64,000 nucleotides of DNA from Acidimicrobiia bacterium (GTDB lineage: Bacteria > Actinomycetota > Acidimicrobiia > Spongiisociales > ZC4RG35), in assembly GCA_050741975.1 (NCBI GenBank), contig JBOGET010000088.1, forward strand, positions 1,465-65,464. Reading direction: 5' to 3'. The position numbers and the translations under genes were made by a program. Shown piece after piece: positions 7,872 through 18,582 of this stretch; positions within the stretch are counted from its first letter, which is position 1, and each line of letters starts with the position of its first letter. The notes under the pieces were generated by a model. It had not been told where the DNA came from. It ran no database searches and worked only from the letters and a program-made list of their open reading frames with translations.

Positions 7872-9179
7872 ATGGCGTTCACCGCGGTCGAGTTGATCGA
7901 GACGAAGAGAGATGGCGGAGTCCTATCTCCCGATGCCATCGAGTGGCTGATCCAGGCCTACACCGAGGGTGAGGTCACCGACTACCAGATGGCGGCCATG
8001 GCCATGGCCATCTTCCACAATGGCCTGGGAAGCGACGAGCTGGCTGCCTGGACCACGGCCATGCTCCATTCCGGGGAGATGCTCGACTTCTCGGACATCG
8101 CCGCCGCCAAGGTCGACAAGCACTCCACCGGCGGGGTGGGGGACAAGATCTCCATACCCCTCGCCCCCCTGGTGGCGTCGGTCGGCGTCGTGCTGCCGAT
8201 GATGTCGGGCCGGGGTCTGGGCCACACCGGCGGCACCCTGGACAAGCTGGAGACCATCCCCGGCTTCACCACCGAGCTGGAACCCGACCGGTTCCGCCAT
8301 GTCCTCGGCTCTCATGGCCTGGTCCTCGCCGGCCAGACCGAGACTCTGGTCCCGGCCGACCGGAAGCTCTACGCCCTGCGCGATGCCACCGGGACCGTGC
8401 CCTCGCTGCCCCTCATCGCCTCCTCGATCATGTCCAAGAAGCTTGCCGAGGGGCTCGACGGATTGGTTCTCGACGTCAAGACCGGATCTGGCGCCTTCAT
8501 GAAGGACCTCGACGGATCGCGCCGGCTGGCCCGAACCATGGTCGACATCGGAACCCGGCATGGGGTGAGAACCGTGGCCCTGATCACCTGGATGGGCCAG
8601 CCATTGGGTCGTGAGGTGGGCAACGCCAACGAGATGAGGGAGTCGATCGAAGTCCTGCGCGGTGAGGGGCCCGGAGATGTGGTCGAGCTGACGTTGGCCC
8701 TCGGCGAGGTGATGTTGGAGCTGGCCGGGATCGGGGGAGGGCGTGAAACCCTCACCGATGCCATCGACTCGGGCAAGGCTCTGCAGAAGCTGATCGATGT
8801 GGCCGTGGCCCAGGGTGGCGACCCGTCGGTGATCGAGAACCCCGACCTGTTCCCCGTCTGTCGTGAGGAGGCGGTGATCACCGCTCTCCGGGACGGGTTC
8901 GTGACCCGCTGTGATGCGCTGACCATCGGTGTGGTCGCCACCCGGCTCGGGGCCGGCCGCGAGCGCAAGGATGACACCATCGACCCTGGTGTCGGCATCA
9001 CACTCGAGGCCAAGGTGGGCGACCGGGTGGAGACGGGCCAACCCCTGGCCCGAGTCCGCTATAACGACTCCTCCCGCTGGCAGGCCCAGGAGAAGTCCCT
9101 GGCCTCTGCCTGGACAATCGACGACACCGCCCCCCAGCCCCCGGACCTGATCATCGAGCGGGTCGAACCGCCTTCCTAA
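7872..9179 (+). CDS. deoA: Thymidine (pyrimidine-nucleoside) phosphorylase
   Basis: KHSTGGVGDKISIPLAPL and MMSGRGLGHTGGTLDKLE motifs. The track ORF starts at 7782; ATG 7872 (MAFTAVELIETKRDG) gives the usual length. Confidence 0.85.
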   Translation: MAFTAVELIETKRDGGVLSPDAIEWLIQAYTEGEVTDYQMAAMAMAIFHNGLGSDELAAWTTAMLHSGEMLDFSDIAAAKVDKHSTGGVGDKISIPLAPLVASVGVVLPMMSGRGLGHTGGTLDKLETIPGFTTELEPDRFRHVLGSHGLVLAGQTETLVPADRKLYALRDATGTVPSLPLIASSIMSKKLAEGLDGLVLDVKTGSGAFMKDLDGSRRLARTMVDIGTRHGVRTVALITWMGQPLGREVGNANEMRESIEVLRGEGPGDVVELTLALGEVMLELAGIGGGRETLTDAIDSGKALQKLIDVAVAQGGDPSVIENPDLFPVCREEAVITALRDGFVTRCDALTIGVVATRLGAGRERKDDTIDPGVGITLEAKVGDRVETGQPLARVRYNDSSRWQAQEKSLASAWTIDDTAPQPPDLIIERVEPPS

Positions 9180-9185
9180 TGCAGG

Positions 9186-9205
9186 GCGTCACGGATATGT
9201 GACGC
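9186..9205. promoter_or_regulatory. Perfect inverted repeat GCGTCAC-N6-GTGACGC between deoA and etfB
   Basis: Seen directly, 7 nt after the deoA stop and ~100 nt upstream of etfB. It could be a terminator hairpin or an operator. Confidence 0.3.
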
Positions 9206-9302
9206 GGTGCATAACGTTCAGGGCCGAATTTGAGCGTTTACTCAAGAGGGCACCGGCTCGTTACCATCGCCCGACACCGATCCACCAAGGAGTGACAAAC
9301 GA

Positions 9303-10061
9303 ATGAAGGTCGTCGTCTGCGTCAAGCAGATCCCCGACCCGGCCACCCCCTACCGTCTCGAGGAAGGCAGCAACTGGTTGATCCGTCCCGAAGAGCAGAT
9401 CCTGGACGACACCGACCGGTATGGGGTGGAGATGGGTCTGCAACTCGCCCAGGCCAACGAGGGCACCGTCACCCTGGTGAGCATGGGCCCATCCGGCAAC
9501 GGCCAGGGGATCAGACAGGCGCTGGCGATGGGCGCCGACAAGGCGATCCTGATCGAAGACGCCTCGCTTCGGGGATCCGACGCCCTGACCACGGCCAGGG
9601 TGCTGGCGGCAGCGATCCAGAGAGAGGGGTTCGACCTGGTCATCGCCGGGACCGAGTCGACCGACGGGTACTCGGGTGTGGTGCCCCAGATGATCGCCGA
9701 GCTCCTCACTGTTCCGGCCCTCACCTATGCCACCCGGGTGGAGACGGGTGACGGCTCGGTCACCATCCACCGTCAGACGGTGGCGGGCTACGACGTCATC
9801 ACCTCGGATCTGCCGGCGGTGGTCACGGTGACCGCCGGTGTGGTCGAGCCCCGGTACCCCACCTTCAAGGGGATCATGGACGCCAAGAAGAAGCCGGTCG
9901 AGACTCTGTCGATGGGCGAGACCGGCGCCGAGCGCGGCCCCGAACAGCTCGTGCTCTCGATTGTCGACGCCCCGGAGCGCAGCGGCGGTCAGAAGATCGA
10001 GGACGAGGGTGAGGCCCATCTGGCCATCGTCTCCCTGCTCGAAGAGAGAAAGGTGATCTGA
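9303..10061 (+). CDS. etfB: Electron transfer flavoprotein beta subunit
   Basis: MKVVVCVKQIPD start and AAGGAG SD. Directly abuts etfA. Confidence 0.9.
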   Translation: MKVVVCVKQIPDPATPYRLEEGSNWLIRPEEQILDDTDRYGVEMGLQLAQANEGTVTLVSMGPSGNGQGIRQALAMGADKAILIEDASLRGSDALTTARVLAAAIQREGFDLVIAGTESTDGYSGVVPQMIAELLTVPALTYATRVETGDGSVTIHRQTVAGYDVITSDLPAVVTVTAGVVEPRYPTFKGIMDAKKKPVETLSMGETGAERGPEQLVLSIVDAPERSGGQKIEDEGEAHLAIVSLLEERKVI

Positions 10062-11009
10062 ATGGCCTCGGTGTGGGTCTTCATCGAGCAGGAAGGGGAC
10101 GAACCGACCGCCCTGGGCCTGGAGTTGCTGGCCAAGGCCCGGCAACTGGGCGAGGCGACCGCCATCCTCCTCGGCCCTGGTTCCGAGACGGTGTTCGCCA
10201 CGCTGGGTGATCACGGGGCGAAGTCCGTTCTCCATCTCGACAGCGCCGATCGGCTTCCCTCCGCTCCGGCTGCGGCCGCCATGGCGGAGCGGGCGGCTTC
10301 CGACTCCCCGGACCTGATCCTGTTGGGTCAGGCCTACAACGATCGGGACATCGCCGGTCGGATGGCCGCTCGACTCGGGGTGGGTGTGCTCTCCAACGCC
10401 AGTGACGTCCGGCTCACCCCCGGTGGGGTCGAGACCGATCATGAGATACTCGGTGGGACCCAGATCGCCACCGCCAGCGCGTCCACCGGCCCGTTCATCG
10501 TCCTGGCCCGGCCCAAGTCGTTCGTGGCCGAAGCGATCGGTGGTGGGGCGCCCACCGTGGAGAAGCTGGACCTGCCCGATGCCGGAGCCGCTGAGGCCAG
10601 GATCTCGGAGTCACATGTCGAGGAGCGGGAAGGCCCCCAGCTCGGGGACGCCTCCATCGTGGTGTCCGGCGGTCGTGGTCTCGGCTCGGCCGAGGCCTAC
10701 GAGCTGGTCGAGACACTGGGCAAGCAGTTGAAGGCGGCCACCGGCGCCACCCGGGCCATCGTCGACGCCGGTTGGGTGCCGTATGCCAAACAGGTCGGTC
10801 AAACCGGGAAGACGGTCAAACCCGACGTCTACATCGCCTGTGGCATCTCCGGCGCCATGCAGCATCTGGTGGGGATGAAGGACTCGAAGACCATCATCGC
10901 CATCAACAAGGACCCCGACGCACCCATCTTCTCCATCGCCGATCTCGGCGTGGTCGGCGACGTGCACAAGGTACTCCCCAACTTGATCGAGGCATTGCAG
11001 GGCCGGTAG
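10062..11009 (+). CDS. etfA: Electron transfer flavoprotein alpha subunit
   Basis: C-terminal FAD-binding region [10 protein letters not shown] ... RAIVDAGW ... [29 protein letters not shown]. Confidence 0.9.
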   Translation: MASVWVFIEQEGDEPTALGLELLAKARQLGEATAILLGPGSETVFATLGDHGAKSVLHLDSADRLPSAPAAAAMAERAASDSPDLILLGQAYNDRDIAGRMAARLGVGVLSNASDVRLTPGGVETDHEILGGTQIATASASTGPFIVLARPKSFVAEAIGGGAPTVEKLDLPDAGAAEARISESHVEEREGPQLGDASIVVSGGRGLGSAEAYELVETLGKQLKAATGATRAIVDAGWVPYAKQVGQTGKTVKPDVYIACGISGAMQHLVGMKDSKTIIAINKDPDAPIFSIADLGVVGDVHKVLPNLIEALQGR

Positions 11010-11011
11010 GT

Positions 11012-11134
11012 TCTCCGCTGCTCGACATTGCCGACCGGCAGCAGGTGCCGTGCTATCTGGAGACCTCGAATCCATCTGCGGTGCCCTTCTACCTCCAGGC
11101 GGGGTTCGAGATCGAGGAGGACGGAGTCGCGCTC
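11012..11134 (+). pseudogene. C-terminal remnant of a GNAT acetyltransferase (no N-terminal part present)
   Basis: In the frame of ORF 10772..12235 the peptide [40 protein letters not shown] is a typical GNAT C-terminus. It starts right after the etfA stop, so motifs A/B upstream are missing. Confidence 0.4.
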
Positions 11135-12235
11135 ATGTCCCGGCGGCCCCACCTACTGGCTGATGACTCGACCGCCGTCGTAGCATGCGCCCCAGGAAGC
11201 AAGGAGAACCTCATCCCTACACACCCTGTGCTCGAATCGGTCGAACTGGGCTTTCCCTGGCACGGTCTCGACCCCTTTATCTTCACCGTCCACCACATCG
11301 ACGACTACCCGTCCGGGAACTACGATCTGGGCCCTGCCGCCTCTCTGGCCGGGCGTCAGATCGGGGTCGACTTCTCCTATCGCGACGGTTGGAGCATGTA
11401 CCACGGCGACGTCGTGCCTGGGTTTCCCCAGCATCCCCACCGTGGGTTCGAGACGGTGACCGTGGTGCGACGTGGCTACGTCGACCACTCCGATTCGCTC
11501 GGCGCGACCGCCCGTTACGGCGAGGGCGACGTGCAATGGCTCACGACGGGCACCGGGATCATGCACGCCGAGATGTTCCCTCTCCTCGATCCGGCCGGCC
11601 CCAACCCGATGGAGCTGTTCCAGATCTGGCTCAACCTGCCGCCGGAGTCGAAGCTGGTCCCGGCCTATTTCGGGATGCTGTGGGGTGAGGACATCCCCAC
11701 CATCACACCGGCGGTCGGGGTGAGTGTCGATGTCATCGCCGGCACCATCGACGGTCATCGCCCGCCATCTCCCCCACCCGACTCATGGGCGTCGCGAGCC
11801 GACTCTCACCTCGCCATATGGCTGATCCGGCTGGCATCCGACGCCAGATGGCGGCTCCCCGCCGCCCCATCCGATGTCAACCGGATGCTGCATTGCTTCC
11901 AGGGGGACGACGTTCGCATCGACGGAAGCCGGTTCGAGGCTCGCATCGGGGCGCGGCTCAGGCCGGAAGTCGAGACGGTCGTGGAGAACCATGGCGAGCC
12001 GGCCGAGTTCCTCCTCCTCCAGGGCCGGCCGATCGGCGCCCCTGTGTTCCAGTTGGGGCCGTTCGTGATGAACTCCGCCGACGAGCTGCGCCAGGCCGTC
12101 GAGGACTATCACCGCACCCAGTTCGGCGGATGGCCCTGGTCGAGACGCGATCCGGTCCACGATCGCACCGAAGGTCGGTTCGCCATCCATGCCGACGGCA
12201 GGGTGGAGCATCGGGACATGATCCCGACCGGGTGA
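11135..12235 (+). CDS. Pirin family protein (bicupin)
   Basis: [16 protein letters not shown] and [18 protein letters not shown] cupin motifs. The start is uncertain: ATG 11135, GTG 11228, or a non-canonical codon 6 nt after the strong AAGGAG at 11201-11206. Confidence 0.75.
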   Translation: MSRRPHLLADDSTAVVACAPGSKENLIPTHPVLESVELGFPWHGLDPFIFTVHHIDDYPSGNYDLGPAASLAGRQIGVDFSYRDGWSMYHGDVVPGFPQHPHRGFETVTVVRRGYVDHSDSLGATARYGEGDVQWLTTGTGIMHAEMFPLLDPAGPNPMELFQIWLNLPPESKLVPAYFGMLWGEDIPTITPAVGVSVDVIAGTIDGHRPPSPPPDSWASRADSHLAIWLIRLASDARWRLPAAPSDVNRMLHCFQGDDVRIDGSRFEARIGARLRPEVETVVENHGEPAEFLLLQGRPIGAPVFQLGPFVMNSADELRQAVEDYHRTQFGGWPWSRRDPVHDRTEGRFAIHADGRVEHRDMIPTG

Positions 12236-12657
12236 TGGCGGGGTACAGCGGCACGCCGCTGGCTCAGAAGCTGGGGATCAAGGAGGGGAAGACGGTCGGG
12301 ATCCTCAACATGCCCAACTACTACCAGTTCGACCTCGGCGAGCTCCCGCCGGACGTGGAGGTGCATCGGACCGAGCTGCCCGCCGACATCTTCATCGTCT
12401 TCGCCGACCGGTCCGATGAGGCGGAGCGAGGATTTCAACGAGCCATCACCTACGTGCCGGTCGACGGGGCGATCTGGGTGTTCTGGCCCAAGAAGGGCTC
12501 AGGCGTGGAGACCGACCTGACCGAGCAGACCCTCAGAGACCTCTTCCTGCCCACGGGAATGGTGGACAACAAGGTGATCGCCGTCGACGAGACCTGGTCC
12601 GGGCTCCGTTTCGTGGTGCGCAAGGAGAACCGGGAGAATTGGGCGGCCGGGAGCTGA
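12235..12657 (+). CDS. DUF3052-like conserved actinobacterial protein
   Basis: [18 protein letters not shown]...WVFWPKKGSG...LRFVVRKENR. TGATG overlap with the pirin stop. Confidence 0.65.
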   Translation: MAGYSGTPLAQKLGIKEGKTVGILNMPNYYQFDLGELPPDVEVHRTELPADIFIVFADRSDEAERGFQRAITYVPVDGAIWVFWPKKGSGVETDLTEQTLRDLFLPTGMVDNKVIAVDETWSGLRFVVRKENRENWAAGS

Positions 12658-12662
12658 GCCCC

Positions 12663-13052
12663 TCAGAAGGTGAATCGATGGGGCAACAGCTCGTCGAGGG
12701 TGTGCTCCCTGATCTCGGAGCCCTCACCGGCGGCCACGATGATGGTGTCGACGCCGAACTCGGACATGATCTGCCGGCAGCGCCCACAGGGATAGGCCCC
12801 TTGCACGTCGGTGGCGTCGATGCAGGCCACGGCCAGGGTGTCGATCTTCCTCACTCCCGCCGCCACTGCGGCGTGGATGGCGGTCGCCTCGCCGCAATTC
12901 GACGACGGGTAGGCGGCGTTCTCGACATTGGCCCCGGTGAACACCTCACCGCCCTCCCCGACCACCACCGCGCCAACCCGAAACCCCGAGTAGGGCGAAT
13001 AGGAGTTCTCGGCGGCGGCCCGGGCCGCGGCAACCAGTTCATCTCGATTCAC
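12663..13052 (-). CDS. cdd: Cytidine deaminase
   Basis: Zinc motifs CGEATAIHAAVAAG and PCGRCRQ. About 129 aa, the homotetrameric type. Confidence 0.85.
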   Translation of the reverse strand: MNRDELVAAARAAAENSYSPYSGFRVGAVVVGEGGEVFTGANVENAAYPSSNCGEATAIHAAVAAGVRKIDTLAVACIDATDVQGAYPCGRCRQIMSEFGVDTIIVAAGEGSEIREHTLDELLPHRFTF

Positions 13053-14047
13053 GATTTCTCCAGGAGCTCGGCGACGAATGAGTCCGGGTCGAAAGGCACC
13101 AGATCGTCGATCCCCTCACCCAGCCCGACGAACTTTACGGGGACGCCGAGCTGACGCTCCACGGCGATCACGATCCCGCCCTTGGCCGTCCCGTCCAGCT
13201 TGGTGAGCACGATGCCGCTGATCGGCACCGCTGCGGCGAACTCACGCACCTGAGCAACGCCGTTCTGGCCCCCGGTGGCGTCCAGGACCAGGAGGACCTC
13301 GTCCACTCCCCCGCGATCACCGGAGGCAACACGGTGGATCTTCCCCAGCTCGGCCATGAGGTTCTTCTTGGCATGGAGCCGGCCGGCGGTGTCGATGATC
13401 ACCACGTCGGCGCCCTTGGACCGGGCGGCGCCGATCGCATCGAATGCGACCGACGCCGGGTCGCCCCGCTCCTGCCCGGCGACCACAGTCACCCCGAGAC
13501 GGTCGCCCCAGGTCTCGAGCTGGGCGCCGGCAGCGGCGCGAAAGGTGTCACCCGCGGCCAGAACCACCTCCCTACCCTCGCTCTTGAGCCGAGCAGCCAG
13601 TTTGGCGATGGTCGTCGTCTTCCCGGTCCCGTTGACCCCGACAACGACGACCACCGCCGGCGCACCGTCGACATGCATCTCACGGTCCCTGTGCCCGAGC
13701 TCGGCCCGGAGCTGGCGGGCCAGCGCCTGCCGGGCCTGGTCGGGGGTCTCCGGGGCCGATCTCCTGACTCCGGCGACCACCGAGGTCGTGGCTTCCAGGC
13801 CGACGTCGGCGCCGAGCAGGGCCTCCTCCAACTCACTCCAGGTGCTCTCGTCCAGACCCGAGCCCCAGGCTCGACGCAGGGAGGCGCCCAAGGCGGAGGC
13901 ACTGCGCCCGATGCGGGAAGGTCCCGCCGCGGTCTCGGCCGGCGGAGCGGTGTCGTCGAGGAGCCGTCGCCGACCGACCACGATGACGACGGTCAGCAGC
14001 ACGATGACCAGGGCGACGAGGATCAGGACGAGATCGATCACATCCAT
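13049..14047 (-). CDS. ftsY: Signal recognition particle receptor
   Basis: N-terminal TM helix. NG domain with VVGVNGTGKTTTIAKLA, DTAGRL and LTKLDGTAKGG. Confidence 0.9.
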   Translation of the reverse strand: MDVIDLVLILVALVIVLLTVVIVVGRRRLLDDTAPPAETAAGPSRIGRSASALGASLRRAWGSGLDESTWSELEEALLGADVGLEATTSVVAGVRRSAPETPDQARQALARQLRAELGHRDREMHVDGAPAVVVVVGVNGTGKTTTIAKLAARLKSEGREVVLAAGDTFRAAAGAQLETWGDRLGVTVVAGQERGDPASVAFDAIGAARSKGADVVIIDTAGRLHAKKNLMAELGKIHRVASGDRGGVDEVLLVLDATGGQNGVAQVREFAAAVPISGIVLTKLDGTAKGGIVIAVERQLGVPVKFVGLGEGIDDLVPFDPDSFVAELLEKS

Positions 14048-14129
14048 GAGCCTTCAAACCTAACTAGCAGCCGTCTTATCCTGCGGTGGGCTCAACTCAG
14101 CCGAGGATCCGATCGAGAGGAAACAAGAG

Positions 14130-14741
14130 ATGAGAAAGCTGGTCGTGAGCACCTTCCTGACCCTCGACGGGGTCATGCAGGCCCCGGGCGGCCCTGGAGA
14201 GGACGACAGCGGCGGCTTCGCGCATGGTGGCTGGTCGGTGAACTATTGGGACGAGCAGATGGGTCAGGTCATGGATGAGGCGACGAGCGCGCCGTTCGCC
14301 ATGGTTCTCGGACGCAAGACCTACGACATCATGGCCGCGCACTGGCCGCACGCCAGCGAGGAGGAAGGCGCCAAGACGTTCAACGACGCCACCAAGTACG
14401 TCGCGTCGCAGAGACATCCCACGCTGGAGTGGAGCAACTCGGTCCTGATCGAGGGAGACGCGGCCGAAGGCATCGCGGCGCTCAAGAAGGAAGATGGGCC
14501 AGAGCTGCAGGTGCATGGCAGCGGAAACCTGATCCAGACGCTGTTGCGCCACAACCTCGTCGACCAGTACCGCCTGTGGGTCTTCCCCCTCGTCATCGGG
14601 TCGGGCAAGCGCCTGTTCTCGGAAGGCACGATCCCCTCCGCGCTGAAGCTCGTCGACAGCAAGGTCTCCACCACTGGAGTCGTTATCGGTACCTACGAGC
14701 CGGCAGGCGAGATCGTCACAGGATCGTTCGCACTGGAATGA
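14130..14741 (+). CDS. Dihydrofolate reductase-like (RibD C-terminal domain) family protein
   Basis: MRKLVVSTFLTLDGVMQAPGGP ... LQVHGSGNLIQTLL ... DQYRLWVFPLVIGSGKRLF. Confidence 0.8.
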   Translation: MRKLVVSTFLTLDGVMQAPGGPGEDDSGGFAHGGWSVNYWDEQMGQVMDEATSAPFAMVLGRKTYDIMAAHWPHASEEEGAKTFNDATKYVASQRHPTLEWSNSVLIEGDAAEGIAALKKEDGPELQVHGSGNLIQTLLRHNLVDQYRLWVFPLVIGSGKRLFSEGTIPSALKLVDSKVSTTGVVIGTYEPAGEIVTGSFALE

Positions 14742-14772
14742 CCGCGCTCGGAATCACTCCCCGAACACACCA

Positions 14773-17700
14773 CTAGACGCCGAGATCGGACCCGACCGAG
14801 GTCATGTCCTTGCGGACGACCTGGGACGACCCGCCCGGCTCCATGGTGACCCCGTAGAGGACGTCGGCCGCCCCCATCGTCTGCTGCTGATGGGTCACGA
14901 TGAGCACCTGGGCCCGCTGCCGGAACTCGTCGACGATGCGAAGAAAGCGGCGCAGGTTGGCGTCGTCGAGGGCGGCCTCGACCTCGTCCAGCACGTAGAA
15001 GGGGCTGGGTCGGGCCTCGAATATGGAGAAGAGAAAGGCCAGGGCGGCCAGACTGCGCTCCCCACCGGAGAGCAGTGTGAGCTGGCTGACCTTCTTCCCC
15101 AGCGGCTGGGCGTTGATCACCAGCCCGGAATGGGGATCGTCGGGGTCGGTGAGACGTATCCGGCCTCGACCCCCGGGGAAGAGGATGGCGAAGTAGCGCT
15201 GATACGCCTCCGCCACCTCGGCGAACGCCTCCTGGAAACGTTGCTCGATCTCCTCCTCCAGCGCCCGGATCACCTTCCGCAGCTCGGATCGCGACGACTC
15301 CACGTCGGCGAGCTGGTCGGCGAGGAAGGTGTGACGCTCATCCAGCTCGGCGTACTCGGAGGCGGCCAGAGGATTGATCGGCCCCAGACGGCGGAGTTGT
15401 GCCGACTTCTCTTCGAGAATGGCCGCCAGATCCGCATCGTCGGGGTAGTCGGGACGGGGGACGCCTCGAGCATCCTCCGCCTCGGCGTCGGCATCCCGCC
15501 GTACGCCCTCGATCACGTTCTCCCGCATCAGCCTGAGCTCGGTGAGACGGACCTGGAGCTCGCCGAGCGTCTCCCGACGCTTGGCCAGCCCGTCGCGGCG
15601 CTCCTCCAATCCGGCGCGGGCGCGGGACAGCTCCGCCCATGTCGCCTCACTGTCGGCGCGCAGACCGGTCTGACGCTCACGGAGCCGGGAAAGTCTGGTC
15701 TGGAGGATGTCGACGGCACGACGGGCAAATTGCTCGACCAGGTCCAGTTTCTCTGTGGCAACCGGTTCGACCCGGGCGCCGTCAACGCGGGACAGCTCCG
15801 CTTCGATCCGGGTCTTGCGCTCTTCCAGGAGGCGACGACGCTCAGTGATCCCACCCTTGACCGAGGCTGCCTCCTGCCACTCGGCCCGGGCCAGCTCGCG
15901 CTCGGCCGCGATCTGGATCCGCCGGGCCTCGAGCTCCTCCCAGACCGTCATCCTCTCCGCTTCCTCACCTTCGAGCGACTCGAGTCGGTGGCTCAGGTCC
16001 GCAATCTGGCGATCTCTCGCCAAAGCGTCCTCCTGCAACGAGGCCAGTCTCTGTCTGAGCCGATCACGCTCGCCTCCCAAGGCATCGACCGACTTCTGGA
16101 GACGACCCATCGCCTCGGCCCGGCCGGCGAGACCGACCTCGGCCGACTCCAGCTGCTCCAGTGCGGCCCGCTCCAGGTCTCGGCTCTTCTCGAAGTCCCG
16201 TTTGGCAGCGGTGTGGATCGACGTGGCCCGGGACAAGGCGGTCCTGGCCTGCTCCGCCCCCAACTCGGCTCCTTCCAGCATGGCGGGCCCGGCGCCGTCC
16301 GGATGGGCGATCTGGACCCCGTCGACAGAGATCAGGTCACCCTCCGGGGTGACGGCCCGCAGCGCCGGATGACGGGCGATCAAGGTCCACGCCGTGGTCC
16401 ACCCCTCCACCAGCAGCACGTCGCCCAGGAGATGGCGGGCCAGACCGCGGTCGGCGCGGGGGCCGAGACGGTCGACCAGGGCCTGGACGCCGGCTGCCGC
16501 AGCCACTTCCGAGGCCGGGGGCGTGGAGGCGCTCACCGCCGAGACAACGGGCACTCCGCCGCCGCCGGAGGCCTTGACCGACTCCACCGCCCCCATGAGC
16601 CGGTCGACACTCTGGAAAGCCACGGCATCGACCCAACGCCCCAAGGCCGCATCGACCGCCTTCTCCAGGCCGGCGGGGATGTCGAGCAACGAGACCAGGG
16701 CGCCCAGGGCGCCTTCGGCAGCTTCCACCGTGCGACGGGCATCGAGATCGAAACGACCGGCGAGGGCAGCCTCCACCGCCTCGACCCTGGCCTCGGCAGC
16801 TGCGACGGCGAGTCGGGCCGTGGTGAGGGCCTCCTCGGCGTCAGCCCACTTCTTCTGGTCGCTCTCACGCTGGCGGCTCGTCTTCTGATAGCCGGTCTGG
16901 AGAGCGGACACCTCCTGGTCCAGGACCCGAACCTCGTCGTTGATCCTCGAGATCTCGCCCGACTCGTCCCTGAGCTGTGAGTCGAGGACGTCGATGCGGT
17001 GCTCGATCGCCTCCACTTCCCTGGCATCCCGCATGCTCGCCGCTTGGAGGACGGACAGCTCGCCACGCACCGCGGCCAGCGCCCCTTCAGGCGAAAGGGC
17101 ATTCTGGGTGGCGATGACCCGTTCCTCGTCCTCGAGACGCCGGAATCGGGCCTCGCTCGCTTCGGCAGTAGCGCTGGCTTCTGCCTCGGCCGAGGAGACC
17201 ACTCCCATCTCCACGTCTATCCGGGAAGACTCCATCTCGAGATCGGCCCGGCGCTCGATGCCGGCCTGTCTGCGCCCGGAGACGGCACGGCTCCTCTCCT
17301 TGGCCACCGCACCCAGCCGGCGAAGCCGTTCGACCGTGGTCTCCAGTGTTGCCGCCGCCCCGGTGTCCCGATCGAGATCGGCACCGACCAACGTGGCGCG
17401 GGCGGTCAGCTCCTCCACCCTCGCCGACAACGAGCCCAGGGCCGTCTCATCGGCGGCGATCTCTGCGGTGAGCGTCTCCAGCCGGGCACCGGCGGTGGTC
17501 ATCTCGGTCTCGTACGCCTCGAGAGCGACACCGGCCAGATGAAGACGCAGGTCACGGACCTCCGACTTCAACCCGTCGTAACGCTCGGCGGCACGGGCCT
17601 GTCGCCGCAGCGGCCTGAGTTGCCGCTCGATCTCCCCGAGGAGGTCCTGAAGTCGGAGCACATCTTCATCGGTTCGCTCCAGCCGCCGCTCGGCTTTCTC

Positions 17701-18222
17701 CTTGCGCCGCCGGTGCTTGAGGATTCCGGCAGCCTCCTCTACCACGGCCCGATGATCCTCGGGCGATGCGTTGAGCACATTGTCCACCTGGCCCTGCCCG
17801 ATGATCACATGCTGATGCCGTCCCACCCCCGAGTCGCTGAGGAGCTCCTGGACGTCGAGCAGCCGACACCCGACCCCATTGATCTCATAGTCGGAAGAGC
17901 CGTCCCGATAGAGGCGTCGGGTAAGTGCCACCTCGTCGAGGTCGAGGGGGATCATGCGTTCGGCGTTGTCGATGAGGAGGGTGGCCTCGGCCCGGTTCAG
18001 GGAGGGACGGGTGGCGGTCCCCGCGAAGACGACATCCTCCATCTTCCCGGTTCGCAGCGCCCTGGTCGACTGGGTCCCCATCACCCACGACAGGGCGTCG
18101 ACCAGGTTGGACTTGCCCGATCCGTTGGGGCCGACGATGACCGTCACCCCCGGCCGGAACTCGAGCCGGGTCCGGTCGGCGAACGACTTGAACCCGACGA
18201 GCTTCAGTGACTTCAAATACAC
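14773..18222 (-). CDS. smc: Chromosome partition protein SMC
   Basis: Walker A GPNGSGKSNLVDA, long coiled coils, a hinge, LSGGERSLAALAFLFSIF and Walker B FYVLDEVEAALD. Confidence 0.95.
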   Translation of the reverse strand: MYLKSLKLVGFKSFADRTRLEFRPGVTVIVGPNGSGKSNLVDALSWVMGTQSTRALRTGKMEDVVFAGTATRPSLNRAEATLLIDNAERMIPLDLDEVALTRRLYRDGSSDYEINGVGCRLLDVQELLSDSGVGRHQHVIIGQGQVDNVLNASPEDHRAVVEEAAGILKHRRRKEKAERRLERTDEDVLRLQDLLGEIERQLRPLRRQARAAERYDGLKSEVRDLRLHLAGVALEAYETEMTTAGARLETLTAEIAADETALGSLSARVEELTARATLVGADLDRDTGAAATLETTVERLRRLGAVAKERSRAVSGRRQAGIERRADLEMESSRIDVEMGVVSSAEAEASATAEASEARFRRLEDEERVIATQNALSPEGALAAVRGELSVLQAASMRDAREVEAIEHRIDVLDSQLRDESGEISRINDEVRVLDQEVSALQTGYQKTSRQRESDQKKWADAEEALTTARLAVAAAEARVEAVEAALAGRFDLDARRTVEAAEGALGALVSLLDIPAGLEKAVDAALGRWVDAVAFQSVDRLMGAVESVKASGGGGVPVVSAVSASTPPASEVAAAAGVQALVDRLGPRADRGLARHLLGDVLLVEGWTTAWTLIARHPALRAVTPEGDLISVDGVQIAHPDGAGPAMLEGAELGAEQARTALSRATSIHTAAKRDFEKSRDLERAALEQLESAEVGLAGRAEAMGRLQKSVDALGGERDRLRQRLASLQEDALARDRQIADLSHRLESLEGEEAERMTVWEELEARRIQIAAERELARAEWQEAASVKGGITERRRLLEERKTRIEAELSRVDGARVEPVATEKLDLVEQFARRAVDILQTRLSRLRERQTGLRADSEATWAELSRARAGLEERRDGLAKRRETLGELQVRLTELRLMRENVIEGVRRDADAEAEDARGVPRPDYPDDADLAAILEEKSAQLRRLGPINPLAASEYAELDERHTFLADQLADVESSRSELRKVIRALEEEIEQRFQEAFAEVAEAYQRYFAILFPGGRGRIRLTDPDDPHSGLVINAQPLGKKVSQLTLLSGGERSLAALAFLFSIFEARPSPFYVLDEVEAALDDANLRRFLRIVDEFRQRAQVLIVTHQQQTMGAADVLYGVTMEPGGSSQVVRKDMTSVGSDLGV

Positions 18223-18288
18223 AGCTATTCCCTGGCAAATGACACGACTGTGATTATGACGAGCAGGCTAACAGCCACCCAGGGCTCA

Positions 18289-18582
18289 TCAGCTCTTCAT
18301 CGGATTGGGTTGGATGAAGAAGTCGCGCAAGGTGTTGTCCGGTGCCACCGCATCGGACTCCACCCCGGTGACCAGGGCCATGGCAGGGCCACCCCACAGC
18401 CAGTCGACAAGACGGTCGACCTCATCCGGCCCGCCCTGGGCGAACACCTCGACCCGGCCGTCGACGGTGTTCCTCACCCAGCCGACGAGACCGAGAGAGC
18501 GGGCCACCTGACGACAGCTCTGCCGATAGCCGACCTGCTGGACACGCCCGGTGACGATTGCATGGACCGCCTTGGTGCTCAC
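18289..18582 (-). CDS. acyP: Acylphosphatase
   Basis: VHAIVTGRVQQVGYRQSCRQVA..GLVGWVRNTVDGRVEVFAQG. GTG 18582 overlaps the mutM stop (GTGA). Confidence 0.8.
   Translation of the reverse strand: MSTKAVHAIVTGRVQQVGYRQSCRQVARSLGLVGWVRNTVDGRVEVFAQGGPDEVDRLVDWLWGGPAMALVTGVESDAVAPDNTLRDFFIQPNPMKS

Noticed and set aside
11050-11075. TCGAATCC string resembling a tRNA T-arm.
   Set aside because: It lacks the GTTCGAATC context, an acceptor stem or an anticodon arm, and it lies within the GNAT-remnant reading frame. No tRNA-like cloverleaf was seen anywhere in the window.
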